Shown piece after piece: positions 1 through 13,483 of a DNA stretch of 64,000 bases. Both the position numbers and the translations under genes were made by a program. The stretch is taken from contig NW_026889759.1 of NCBI RefSeq assembly GCF_033153115.1, positions 10,602,001-10,666,000 on the forward strand. The letters run 5' to 3'. A model generated the notes under the pieces. The model was not told the DNA's origin and did no database searches. It saw nothing but the letters and a program-made list of their open reading frames with translations. The stretch's first letter is position 1, and each line of letters starts with the position of its first letter. This DNA is from Saccostrea echinata. Taxonomy: Eukaryota.

Positions 1-170
1 TGCTTACACTGAATATTGCTGAAAATTGAAAATAAGCACAGGTATTCTGCAGCAATTCTGCAAACCAAATATCATCTTAAATATTAAGAAAGAATCATTA
101 TCAGTGTTAATCTAAATTACATGTATATCAATGTAATACTGTTCAAAGAGCAGTGTGCTGAATTTTGCAG

Positions 171-3100
171 TGAAAAAGCGCACTGGAACACCAGCTACCA
201 GAAAAAGTAAGAAAGCTCAATCTGCCACTGCTAAACGCCTGTCAGCCCAGCGCGCTGCCGAGAAAAAGGCAAAGGCTGCAAAAGAAGAGGAGGAAAAAGG
301 GACCACTGAGAAAGAGGAACAAGAGGAGGAAAGTCAGAATGATGATGAAAGTCCTGAGAAGGTGGTGAAGGATCCACCAAAACAGGAATCACCCAAAAAG
401 AAAATTATCACCAAGACAAAAGCCAAGGAGTCAGGCAAGACCAAATGTGAGTCACGTAACTTTTTCCTTCATTTACTTCAAAGATTAGCATATCATGTAT
501 GCAGCTCTATTAAGGCTGCCCAAAGTTTGAATGCATTTTAAACAAACCATTACTTGCAAACCCTATCGTACACAAGTAAAGTCAATTTAGTAGAGCATTC
601 TTTCAACTATTTAAGAACATGTTTGTTCTGATCATGTGACAGACAATTATAATTTTACCAATTGTTATACATAAATTCGCTTCAGCACAGGTTATTAAAA
701 TGATTTTTGTTACCAATTTATTGCTACAAATAAATGAAAATATAATTTTACAATGATTTTGCAGTGAAGTCTCCAAAAGTCAACAAATCCCCCAAAAAGA
801 AAATATCTACAGAAAATATCTCGCAAGATGAAGGTAAATTATGGGTTGTTTTTTTTTTATTTTTTAAAGATTTATCCGTAATGGTCCACATATTAAATTG
901 TGCACCTGCATGTTCATTAATTAACATAATTAAATTTTAATATGATATCTGTGTTGCAGAGAATGAGTCAACTGAAGGTGAGAAGACTCAGGAGGAGGGA
1001 GAAACAGAGACCCGCCCCATTCCAGAACCAATGGATGCTCAGGATTATGACACTCGCAGTGAAGCAGGCTCCAGTGATGGAAGTCTGAACAATGAGGAGT
1101 CTGGAGAATCAGGTTTATATTTCATTTTTGAATACAATTTCACTGTCAAGAAATCACTCCCAAGAAAGCAAGATGTGATTATTATTATTGGTTAGATCAT
1201 GGTTTAGTACGACATAAGTGATGAAAAATGATCAGGATAGTTAGGGGTCAAATGTTGTTTATTACAGATTTAGACTTAGAGGGAGAGGATTCGGTGCCAG
1301 AAAAAAAGAAACGCAAGACCAGAGACATATCTCCTATAGAATGGGATAGAAAGAGTGAAGGGAAAAGTGAAGGAGAGGAAGGAGAAGAAGAAGACGGTAA
1401 AAGTGATGATAACAAAAGTGAAAAATCCGAAGACTCTACTGCCAGGAGTGAGTGAACAAGATTTTGTCAGTGTCAAATTATATTGAATTTCAGATCAATA
1501 ATTATTCTAGCATTTTGTAATTTGAAAAAAAAAAATTTCCTTCATAACAGAAATAAGTTCAAGGATGAAGTACATCTATCGTGGAGCAAGATACTTCGTG
1601 ATTAAAAGTAACAACCATGAAAATGTGGCTCTGGCCAAAGCCAAAGGTGTTTGGTCCACACCTCCTCAGAATGAAATCCGATTAAACAATGCCTACAAGG
1701 TCAGTTACCATTGTATATATGTCATGTAATTAGTTACTATTGTATACACATACATGTATCTTGTAATATGAGTTATGGTTAGTTGATACCATTCCATGTT
1801 TGTGTATAAGTGAAAACATTTTTTTTTTCAGAGCTGTGATAATGTGATACTGATATTTTCTGTCAGAGAAAGTGGAAAGTTTCAAGGTAACATGTCATAT
1901 AAAGTGAACTATTAATTAAACTTAAGTACATGTATTTGCAACACTGTTTGAAATGTGACAATTACATGTTGGTGTACCCTGCTAGGTTTTGCCAGAATAG
2001 CTGACGAGTCCACCAAAGACCATCCTCCAATTCGATGGGTGCTGCCTCCTGGTTTGAGTGCAAGAGCTTTAAGTGGCGTTTTTAAACTTGACTGGATCAA
2101 CAGGTAAACCATAACAAAAAATTGAAAATTATCTCCAATTGAATAAAGGGCACTGATTTACAGAATACATGTTTATCTAGATTTAAAAGAAAACAATGTA
2201 ACAATTTTTACTCCTGGTTATCAGGAAGGAGCTTGCCTTTACAAAGACACAACATCTCCATAATGCATGGAATGACAACAAGCCAGTAAAAATTGGAAGA
2301 GATGGGCAGGTAAATTTGATATTTTATGACACACTTCTGTATAAGATGGTCTGTATAATTTGCCATATTTTACAGACGATTGGTCATTGCTGTTACTTGG
2401 TTAATGACTCGTCAAAACAAGAAGTCTTTTAAAAAATCCTTAAGCTGGGCAATTCGAAGTTCAAAATGGAGCAAGTTTCATGTTTATTACTCAGAACTAA
2501 TCAAGTTTCCTTTACAAGTCAAAAGACAGGAAAATCAATGTTATTACGTATTTGATTGTATATGGAAACTAACTATTGAAAATAACTAGGACTAATCGAG
2601 TACCAGTGACTTTGAGAAAAAAGTTTGGTATTAAGTATGATAACTAAAAAGGAAATTTAGATTATTTTAAATATTGCATACTTGCCTTGAATTGTAGGAA
2701 GTGGAACCAAGATGTGGAGAGGCTCTGTGTAAAATGTTTCCGCCCGATGAAAATGTGGATCTTTCATCCATTGCAAGAAAAGCTCGTAAATCATCCCGCA
2801 GTGGAGGAGGACCCCAAGCAATAACGGAGAGAAGAAATCGCGGGGGTTATCGGGGGCGTCCTGAATTCATTAGGTTAGAGACGTTTGGAAAATTGTGTAG
2901 TAAAACTAGTAGGACATTTTAATAGGTACCTAAGATTTAAAAAAAAAAAATTAAAAACTTGCGTTCGGTAAGTATGCAGAGGACAAATGACAGTTGATTT
3001 ATTTTGTTTGAAGATTTTTCAGGTTTAGAGGCCCAGTTTAAAAATCTGGAACAAAATGTGGACTATTTTGTAGCATGGCTATGTGCCTCAATAGCCAACT

Positions 3101-6100
3101 CTTAGTGGCTCTTAGCATGCTAAATGTGACTGCCACTTTAAAAAGTTCTAAAGGACTAACTCCCCATTTTGTGACCCCTCTCTATATCTGGACTAATCCA
3201 CCACAATACTAGCTACATGTATCTCAATGGACTCACCACTTTAGTTCTGTATGGACCAGAGAAATCGGCCATTGTGTTTAAATAAGAAAAAAAAATGTGA
3301 ATGAACATTCTTCTTTGGACTAAATATTTATTGCAGCCATGTGTTCTAAAATTTATGTGTGATATGAACTTTTTCTTTGGACTAAAAATATAATGCAGCC
3401 AGTTGTTGCTTAATATTGTGTGAATGAACTATTCCTATATGGACAATGTTGTAAACGATGTGTTAATGACTGCAGTGATAAGTATGTGAAGATGCTGGCC
3501 GAGCAATGTACGGTATGTTATCTAATCCATTTACTTACATCAAGTCCACCCAACTAAAGAAACCGAATCCAACATAAAAAAAATATCAGTTTGAGTTTTA
3601 TTCCAAAAATACTAATCTGAGTTTAGTAAATATTGTAGCGTGGATAATTTTTCTTAATTGAAGAGTTATGTGACAAATATATGAAAAACATAATGGATTT
3701 GTACATATATAGAAGATGTACTTTTGTAGCAGATTAATTTTTTAAATACATAATTTTAGTATTAAGTAAATGTGTGTCCTTGCTTTTAACAAACATTTCA
3801 GCAGAGCAAAAATTATAGAAGCTAACAGTAGATGCTATGTTTATATTAATTACATTGATTTTCAAATGTACAAAAGTTTCCCAAATAAACACAGTTTGTT
3901 ACATAGCACACTGCAGGGAACAGATATGAATGGTAAATCTTTATTTAAAAAAAAGTTGCATTAAAATGTCATACTTAGCATTTATTTCAATTTACTGATG
4001 GAAAAACAACAGTCTAGACTTTAGCTTTAATATATATTTTTCTAAAGTTGCATAGATATCATAAAATGTAAATCTGTATTCATTCATGTTTTTAATCTCT
4101 TTCTGAAACACAGAATTTTTGCAAAACATTCTTAATATAATCTGACAAGGAATTCACTTATATTCAAGTTTACAAGAAAGGTAAAGTTAAAAACTGTATA
4201 GAATTTAAGGGTTTCTGTGCATTATGAATGACCATGTTCAGATACAAATTCTGATTGGCAGTCGTGTGGGATGAAAGACGTTGGACTTGATGTAAGCAAC
4301 CATTGTAAATTCTTGTACAGCAAAATGTACCTTGTCTTATTGTGATCAAGCACTGAAACAAATATGGTTGTTGTAATGTTGAATATAGGCATAGACCATA
4401 CAGCAGGGAGGACTTCTATGAACAAGATAGAAGAAAGAGAAGTCGTGATGAGATGCAACATGGAAGAGGTAAACTTATTTTGTAAATATAGTTTAAGGCC
4501 AACAATAAAAAAAAATGATTTGTTTGATGTATTCCGACCAACCTTGAAATTCACCTCTACCCCCATCATTTTTTTTCAGTACTTTTATTTTTTCTTTCCA
4601 AAGAAAAACAAATTACATGTATCCACATCATTTTTAAGATTAAGGTTCATATTTCTCAAAGATGCTTTTTAGATTAAAAAGTTTTGACTCATATACATGT
4701 ACATTATTACAGTAATGAAAACATCAATAAATTTTAAGTCTTTGATTTTAATGACAATTATCAGTGTGTCAAAAATTCCAAACACAAAAAAATATAACAA
4801 TACCTACTTACCCACCATAAAAATGTTGAAGTACATCAAACAAAACCTTTTTTAATGATGGCCTTACACAAATAGAAAATTATTCAAACAACACTTTAAA
4901 TATGAGCTCTAGAGTTTCCATCAGATTTAACAAAACCATTTCCTACCCATGATGAAAAATAAAACAGATGTAAAAGGAAACAGGTTTCCATTCTTTTGTT
5001 TTGTAATGTAGTTTAACAATTGATAATTTTAGGTTTCTACAAAGAGAGAAGAATGGACAGGTAAGTTTTGTTTTGGTTTGGTTTTTGGGTTTTTTGTTTT
5101 TTTTTTGGCATTTAAAGAAATTTTCAATGTCAAGAGTCAATTCCATTAAAATGACATGCATTGTAGAGTCCTATAGGATCTTAAGGAGGCTGGGGGGTCA
5201 ATAAATTAACCATCAGATATAACTTAATTTTTTTAGATATGATATCTTAAGCAGTCAACTATCATTTGGCAAACAAAAATTTCATACATTTTAGTTTTAA
5301 AATTTGATCATTTTTGTATATCTTTATATGGAGCTCTTCTTCTATAGGAGATCAATATAGTCTGAAAATGGCCACAACCACCCAGCCCTCTTAATCTACT
5401 TGTACATTTTTGAAATTTTAACTTGTTTTAAACTTGTTTTAAATTTTTCTTCAGATCACCAAGATATGGAGTGAGGAGAGAAACATTTATCAATGGGGTA
5501 AGTATCTTACATTTTTATTGAGTAAAAGTTTATCATTGTCTAACTGTCTTTTACTTAAAATTTTTTATTCATGAATTTTAGTCATACAGTGATTACATCA
5601 GGGAATTCACTCACAGTCGAGCACCCCCACCCCCCATGCCACCATATGGACCACCGGTAAGTGATATGTATATATATCTGTAGATAAGTTTATTTATTAG
5701 TACAGTGTATTAAGCGTACAGTTTGTATTAAGTAACTACCTTACTCTGCATAATAGACGAAAAAGATTTTTAACAGTTTTATTTAGTAATGGATATTAAA
5801 CTTGTTCTAATTACAGCCACCAGGATTTGCCATGGACCCCATGAACCCTTACAGTGGTCACTATGACCAGAGACCAAGAGAATACATGATGGCATCCCAG
5901 GAATACAACATGGCCTCAATCTCCAGATCCAGAGCAGACAAAAGATCTGTAAGTTAACTAATTCCATGTGTATTTATTGCTAATATTTCAAGGCTGTAAT
6001 GACCATTTATTGCTCATCCATTTGGATGTACTTTGTCTGAAGATAGAATTGCTTTTAAAAGACTATTATTAATTTGTTGTTTATTGTAGTATGAGAGGGA

Positions 6101-6215
6101 TGTGGACGATTTCCTCAGAAGGACCACAGAGGGAAGTAGGCGTCGTCGACACAGCAGCGGGGATCGTGATCGCAGCCGAGAGAGGGACCATCATCGACAC
6201 AGAGACCGCAGATAA
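171..6215 (+). CDS. YTHDC1: YTH domain-containing protein 1 (nuclear m6A reader), 5' end outside window
   Basis: GT-AG exons 171-446, 765-833, 960-1112, 1268-1447, 1551-1699, 1832-1886, 1986-2103, 2225-2309, 2698-2873, 4389-4468, 5033-5060, 5455-5497, 5582-5656, 5817-5948, 6090-6215. E/K-rich N-terminus; YTH domain [25 protein letters not shown]...[19 protein letters not shown]...[28 protein letters not shown]; C-terminal [31 protein letters not shown] and an R/D-rich tail typical of YTHDC1. Confidence 0.96.
2912..3445 (+). promoter_or_regulatory. Intronic cluster of GGAC(T/A/C) DRACH motifs (candidate m6A regulatory element)
   Basis: GGACT at 3060, 3153, 3190, 3229, 3317, 3379; GGACA at 2912, 2981, 3441; GGACC at 3253. 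No GTCC (antisense copy) seen in the same interval. Confidence 0.6.
5185..5390. mobile_element. Small TTAA-flanked MITE (Kolobok-like)
   Basis: TTAA at 5181-5184 and 5391-5394; imperfect TIRs GGAGGCTGGG / CCCAGCCCTC; lies in a YTHDC1 intron. Confidence 0.6.
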
Positions 6216-6917
6216 CATCATCACTCGTATCAACTTCATTATTTGTGCAATGTACATCATTTAACATTGATTTTATAGTCATTTATATGTCAGATACTTG
6301 TTTTTTTAATACAAGAACACACAATAGATATGTGGAACACATTTGAAGTTGCCTATTTGCATTGAGCAAGTCTCTTTTTTTTTTTTAATTGTGAAGTGCC
6401 ATACACTGAATTACAGAAATTTGTCAAAGTCCCTGATAGAAGTAAAATATGAAGAGGTTCATAACCACTGCTTAAGTTGTTCAGTATTACCGAGTGTTTC
6501 ATTAAGTACATATAAATCTGTAAAATGTTTTGAGGAGTATTGTACTCATTAGTACATACATATACAATGTAAATATAGAGCTTTCTTTATGCAACTTTAT
6601 GCATACTTAAAAATCATACAAATTTACAAAATAAGGCGTATTTACATTTTTGTATTGTTGTCTTTTCTGTACAGAATGATTGGTTTCATATTCATCATCA
6701 TTTTGATTCATTTTTTACACATTAATTTGCTGTCATGTTCACTGTTTAAGCCTGTGGTTTGATGTTGGCAATATCTGTGGAATCATTTGGGGCAAAGAGA
6801 GTATTTTGAGTAAGAATTTGGTTGTGTGTATTTGTGTGACATCTATTTCACTGAGAGAGTTGATAACAATGTGAGGGTAAGGCGTACTTCATCTGCATTA
6901 TACATTAGATAAACTGT

Positions 6918-6923
6918 AATAAA
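6918..6923 (+). promoter_or_regulatory. Probable polyadenylation signal of YTHDC1
   Basis: AATAAA about 700 nt after the stop, a second one near 6954, followed by T/GT-rich sequence. Confidence 0.4.
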
Positions 6924-8424
6924 GAATGTAAATCTATCTGAATTTATTTGTGAAATAAATAAATTAACTCTTTTTCTGTTTCTGTTATTCATTTAAAGGT
7001 AGAATACTGTGGAATCATTTTAATTTGTGGGAGTCAGTGTTTGTGGGCAATCAAAATCTTGCTGATTTGTTGTAATATATGTTTCATTAGTTAATTATCA
7101 AATTGTAAATACATGAAGATGTTGCCTTAAACATGGAGTTCTGCTATCTCCTTCTGTTCCATAATTTGCAAGACGACCAAGTGTAAACAATGTAAGGAGA
7201 ATTGGAAATATTTCATTATGGATATACATGGACATCATTTGCCAGTTGTACTTCTGTATGGCCTTCATTGCTAAGCATTGGTCTCATTCAAGGAAGTAGT
7301 AGCTGTCCATATGGTACAAAATATTAACTCAATAGCAATTGTCAAGATTAGGGCAAATTACAAACCAGTAAAACATTTCTTTTCTTCAACAATTTATTGT
7401 TTTGCATATTTTTTAATTATATACAAGGTGCTAGCCAAGATGTCATGGATTACCAGGGTATTTCAAAAGAGGTTTCATTGACTATTGTTATGTAAATATA
7501 TATATGTAACACAGTCAAAATCTAACTTCTCAATTTGAACACAATATCATGACTGTTCTTTAGTGCAAGCTAAAGTTATACAAAATATTTAGTTAAACAC
7601 GGGAAAAGGCTAGCTCAGAAAATGCAAAAACATTTATCCTCTAAATTGATAATATTGCATCACAGCACAGAGTATAAGCTTTTAAGTAGCACCATGAGAC
7701 TATTTCTTGAAGTCGGAAATGCCGGAGTGGGAGAAGTAAATGCTACACTAATTTAACTAAAAATATAATGCCTCATATCCTTCTTGGTACAAAGAAACGA
7801 ATAACAAATATATACAAAATACATCTCATGTAAAATTAAAAAGACATATTAATGATTATCAAAAAATAATACTATGATACAATTAACTGATTTTAAAATA
7901 TTAACACAATTACAAAAATTCAATTTAATAATGCATGTAATTCAATTGAATATACATTCAAAACTCATCATCTCAAACTCAATAGGGCTGAGGAAAAAAT
8001 TGAGATATCTGAGGATTCAAGATATCCAAGGGAAAATACTTACAGAATAAGTGTTTGGGACTTACAAATCACTTCAACATATCCATTGTATTCAAGATGT
8101 CAGTGTTCAAGATACTGATGTTCAACTGAATTTTCATTTACATGTACATATGAAATGCAACATAATGCTGTTTACAAATAAAATGATTTTAATCACAAGC
8201 ATAAACAAGTTCCCATAATCACTTAAATACCTTGGGAGTACAGAAAATGAGGTTGATTTCTTTTATAAATAATGAAAGATTGTGACATGGTGTACATTTC
8301 AAACAATGAAATACACATGGAGTGATATATCAACCTTGGTAACAAGCATAACTTCAGTGCATGCTGTTAATTAAAGAAATTTATAAGAAGCACATGATTC
8401 TGTCACACCTATGAAAATTTTGAA

Positions 8425-9889
8425 ATTAACATTAAAGGCCCAGGGGCCTTAACCAAAATCTGAGTATAATACATGTACTGTAAAGGATCCATGGAATGGT
8501 AAATAATTATATAATAACACGAAACAACCCAAAACTCAAAAGCAAGAGAAAAAGGCCAGTGCAATCTACACTTTATCACAATAGTGTTTTTAGCACAAAA
8601 CACAATATTCAGAGAGAACAACCAGCACAATCCCTTTACCATATCTTGGTCTTTGAATATTTAATTAATTTTTTATTCATTTATTATTTTACAAGTCACC
8701 TGACTACTAAAAACTTTGAAAGTACTTTTAATATATGGATTATACATAACAAATTCTTGTAAAATTTTTTTTATTAAAATTACCATTACATGTAGTGAAT
8801 AACAATGGGGGAATAACTTCTCTTATTCCAATATATTATCATAATAGAGGACCACCCTAACACCAGAACCCTTGTCTCAGGGACCATGAATTTCACAATT
8901 CTGGAAGCACTCTTTCTCATCAAAACCATGCACTAAGTTTGCTAAATACTCAAGTGCAGAGAAGATTTTCAAAGAATTAAATGCATTTTCACTGTATGAT
9001 TATTAAGCATTCTGTCTTAACTCCAGAACCCCGACCCAGGGTCCATGAATTTCACAATTTTGAAAGTTATGATGGGCACCCTTGCCCATCATAACTATGC
9101 ACTTAGTATGTTTGCTTAATACACATGAGCAGAGAAGGAGATGTTCAAAGAATTAATGCATTTTGACTATATGATCAAAGAAGTCCTGCCCTAAATGCCA
9201 AAACCATAGACGCAGGGGCCATGAATTTCACAATTCTGGAAAAGGCACCCTTGCTTATCATCACAATGAACTCTGTTTGTCTGCCAAAAACCGAGAAGCA
9301 AAGAAGAAGATATTTAAAGAATTAATGCATTTTTCATTATATGACCAATAAAGTCCATCCTAACATCAGAATTCCTGATCCAGTGACCACAGATTTCATA
9401 ATTTTGGAGAAGGCACTCTTGCTCATCATATCTATGCACGTAGTTTGTCAGCTTAATATACATTTACTGGGGTAGAGGAGAAGATTTTTATGCACTTTCT
9501 CTATATGAACTATAGAAACCCACCCTAACACCAGAATCCCTGACCCTGGGGCCATGAATTTGAATTTTATAATTTTAGTAGAGGGCTCAATGCTTATTAC
9601 AATCATGCCAACAGTTTGAGTGCTTGATATCCAGAAGTAAAGAAAATTTTTGAAGTTTGCAATAATTTTTATGGTTTTAGCCCCACCCCTAAGGCCCAGG
9701 GATGGGGGGAATAAGGGACCATGAAATTCATAAATTTTGTTCCCCTTCACCCATAGTTGTTATATGCCAAAATTGGTTCGATGGTTCCAGAGAAAAAGCT
9801 GGAAATGTTCGAATGTTAATGCACAACACATGACAACGGACAAAAACAGCTAGAAATAGGTCACCTGAATGACTCAGATGACCTAAAAA
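8425..9889 (-). mobile_element. Helentron/HINE-like non-autonomous element with degenerate ~170-bp internal repeats
   Basis: GGCCCAGGGGCC hairpin at one end and AGGTCACCTGAATGACTCAGATGACCTAAAAA at the other; repeated CCCTAACACCAGAACC...CCATGAATTTCACAATT...CTTGCTCATCATAAC units. Same family recurs at 22.9-25.0 kb. Confidence 0.7.
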
Positions 9890-10688
9890 TATGAAAAAAA
9901 AAGATGTTTGGCAAGGGATTTGAACCAGGGTGATGCCACTCTCATAATTGTGTTTACAGATATGGTGTAATAGGAACAGTTATTCAAGTCACTTTCATTT
10001 TTGCACCTAGGACAAACCTGCTCTCATCTAAATCTTGGCTAATCTTTCGAAAAATCAGCAGGCCTACCCTGAATAAAACAAATTGATAAAAATATCACTG
10101 AAAAATGCGTCCTATTCTGCCAAAAACTAATGCCCTCTTATATTTTTGGGTCAATACATCGAAATAAACATTTGGCACCTAGAAAAACTTGAGTATAAAG
10201 ATGGGAAACCAATGGATTAACTCAAAATTTTAAGTAACTCTTTAATGTCAATTTTTCCAGATTTTCAGTGTCTATGGGCCCTACAAAATAATTTCTCCAA
10301 AAGACATCCAGTTAAAATTTAATAACATTCTCTCTTTTTGAATTTGTTTCTGTAGGTAATTTTATTATATCAAACCATTGCAAAGGTTAGTAATTGTATT
10401 CCCAAACTTATTATGGTACAACATTTTGTCATTTTCTTATATAAATTGAGTGTACTTTGTTTTTCCTTACCAAACATGCTTATAAACTTTTTGCAGTTAA
10501 GATATGCTGCATGCATCTTCAGGTGAAAACACCAACTAAAAATTCACACATTATTGAATATGGTATCAATAAACTTTATAATTCCCATTTACACAACCTC
10601 TAATGATCTCTAGGTCACACATATGATATATATGTAAAGTTATATGTAAAGTTATAGAAGCTAGCACTACTTGTGTTAATAGCTTACA

Positions 10689-12252
10689 CTAAGCAGTCTG
10701 CAGTTTGTCTGTCATCTGTGATAAGAAAAAGACAGCAGTGTTATGGGCAGAAAATGAAAGTTATAAAATCAATACATGTCTGGCAGATTATAAAATATAA
10801 TGATTTAATTTTCCAAAATAAAATGTGAACTACATGATAAATTCTTTATATGTCATGTTAAAATAAAATATACTACATAAATTTGTTATCAATAGGGATA
10901 ATACATTGCTAAACAACACCAAAAGCACCTTGCTGTAAAACATGCCTACTGCAAGTAAAATACATGTATGTAAAAGTGGGTAAAATAAGTATATTAATTA
11001 ATAAAATATAAAATAGTACAACACTTTTTGATAGATGGTGTCACTAACATGAATGTGAGTATACTGTTTGGTCAGTTTATTGTGTCACTTATGTCATACA
11101 ATATCAATGTTGTTTAATTTGTCTATCTGGAATTCAAAAGAACATTTTTTTGGAAGAGATCACAATATCCCATGCATACATGAATCTCAGATTCAAAGAA
11201 AGACAATTTTAATTTCTATTAAAACCAACATGATCAATATTGGTATCAAAAAAAATCAACAATGATTCATAACAAAAAAAATTTCAAAGACGATATAGTT
11301 GGTATTGGGAAGACAATTGTATTGTGTTTAGAGCTGGGTTTGGGGCTCCAGCTGTTTGTCTGTCTTATTTACCTCCCCATTCTGTGCCCTGTAGCTCTCT
11401 TCCTTTCGCTTGAATGCAAATCGGGCAAAAATCATCAGAAGTAGCATTTCCACAATTAAAAGGAAGTAGTTAGACCCTGTAAAAGACAAACATAAATATG
11501 ATTCAGTATCTTCAGAATTTAATTTCCTTACAAAATCTGAAACAATGAAGAATAGTTTCATAATGTTCGGTGAATATAATTTCAGTGGAGTTTAAAATAA
11601 CCCAAAATAAATGCCAAAAAGAGGGAATCATTGCCCTATGTAATCAATCATTCTATGATTTTTTAAAAGACTTACTGTATGCTCTGACTGTAGAGTTCAG
11701 TATTCTGACACACTCTGGAATGTTGTACTTGGCCAGAATCTGGAAGACAAAGCCTTGAATGTTGACCACCACAATGGTCAACTGAAGGGCTGCAAATTTC
11801 TTGCCAATGTTATAGTCCTGAAGACGATCTTTAAGGGCTCTAAATGTGACCATCATGGCCCACATAGCAACCAGACTGGACACAGCACCAATCAAATTCA
11901 GGTACAAAGAGGCAGCAGTTGGACTCATCTACAAGTACCATGCATACTGTGTAATTATATAGTCATATAAAATATAATACGTTGAAAACATATGAATACA
12001 AATAATTTAAACAAAATGACTGCACAATACATAATGTAACATTAGAATTAAGACTCGGACCCCATTTAAAATATTTTATGGATTTGTATGTAATAATTAT
12101 AGTATTATGACCTTATTTGCAAAATTTTTAATTCACAAATACTCCGTATTAATCTTTACCATATCCTTGAAATTTATTTCTCCCATTTATTGCTTTCATT
12201 GCCCAGGGGGGGGGGGGGGTTAATATCTGTGCTTTTTAGCTCACCTGAGCCA

Positions 12253-12294
<42 letters not shown>

Positions 12295-12307
12295 TGTCGT
12301 CGTCGTC

Positions 12308-12340
<33 letters not shown>

Positions 12341-12376
12341 TTCAAGAACCACTGGGCCAAATTCAACCAAACTTGC

Positions 12377-12434
<58 letters not shown>

Positions 12435-13448
12435 CTTTCAAGGGGAGATAATTAGGAATTAGTGAAAAAATAATGGCATCATTCAAAAATCTTCTTCTCA
12501 AGAACCACTGGGCCAGGAAAGATGAAACTTAAGTGGAAACATCCTCAGGTAGTGTAGATTCAAGTTTGTTCAAATCATGACCCCCGGGGGTAGGGTGGGG
12601 CCACAATGGGGGATCCAAGTTTTACATAGAAATATATAGGAAAATATCTTTAAAAATCTTCTTCTTAAGAACAGCAAAGCCATGATTGGTCATATTTTTA
12701 TGGAAGCATTTTCAGGTAGTGTAGATTCAAGTTTGTTCAAATCATGACCCCTGGGGGTAGGGTGGGGCCACAATGGGGGATCCAAGTTTTACATAGAAAT
12801 ATATAGGAAAATATCTTTAAAAATCTTCTTCTTAAGAACAGCAAAGCCATGATTGGTCATATTTTTATGGAAGCATCCTCAGGTAGTGTAGATTCAAGTT
12901 TGTTCAAATCATGACCCCCGGGGGTAGGGTGGGGCCACAATGGGGGATCAAAGTTTTACATAGAAATATATAGGAAAATATCTTTAAAAATCTTCTTCTT
13001 AAGAACAGTAAAGCCAAGATTGGTCATATTTTTTTTGGAAGCATCCTCAGGTAGTGTAGATTCAAGTTTGTTCAAATCATTACCCCGGGAATAGGTTGGG
13101 GCCAGAATGGGTGATCAAAGTTTACAGAGGAATATATAAGAAAAAGTCTTTTTCTCAAGAATAGAAAAGCCATGATTAGTAAAATTGATATGGAGGCATC
13201 TTTGAGTAGTGTAGAATGAAATTTGTTCAAATGAGGGCCCCCGGGGGTAGGGTGGGGCCACAATGGGGGATCAACTTTTTACAAATGAATATATGGGAAA
13301 AAAATCTGCTGCTCAAGAACAACAAAGCCATTTGTTATATTGACATGAAAGCATCATCAGGTAGTTTAAAATTCAACACCCCCCCCCCCCCCTCCCTGTA
13401 AACTTTTCAATACTGTACTGTTTTTTGCTTTAATTCCTAGCCAATGTG

Positions 13449-13483
<35 letters not shown>

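Noticed and set aside
2926-2967. In-frame 42-nt microexon ([13 protein letters not shown]) in YTHDC1
   Set aside because: It would need a 52-nt upstream intron, shorter than others in this window, and spans a poly-A run. An alternative donor at 2968 is the simpler reading.
4170-4672. Overlapping 63-115-aa ORFs in the YTHDC1 intron region
   Set aside because: The real exon 4389-4468 is read in a different frame; these ORFs have no recognisable protein features.
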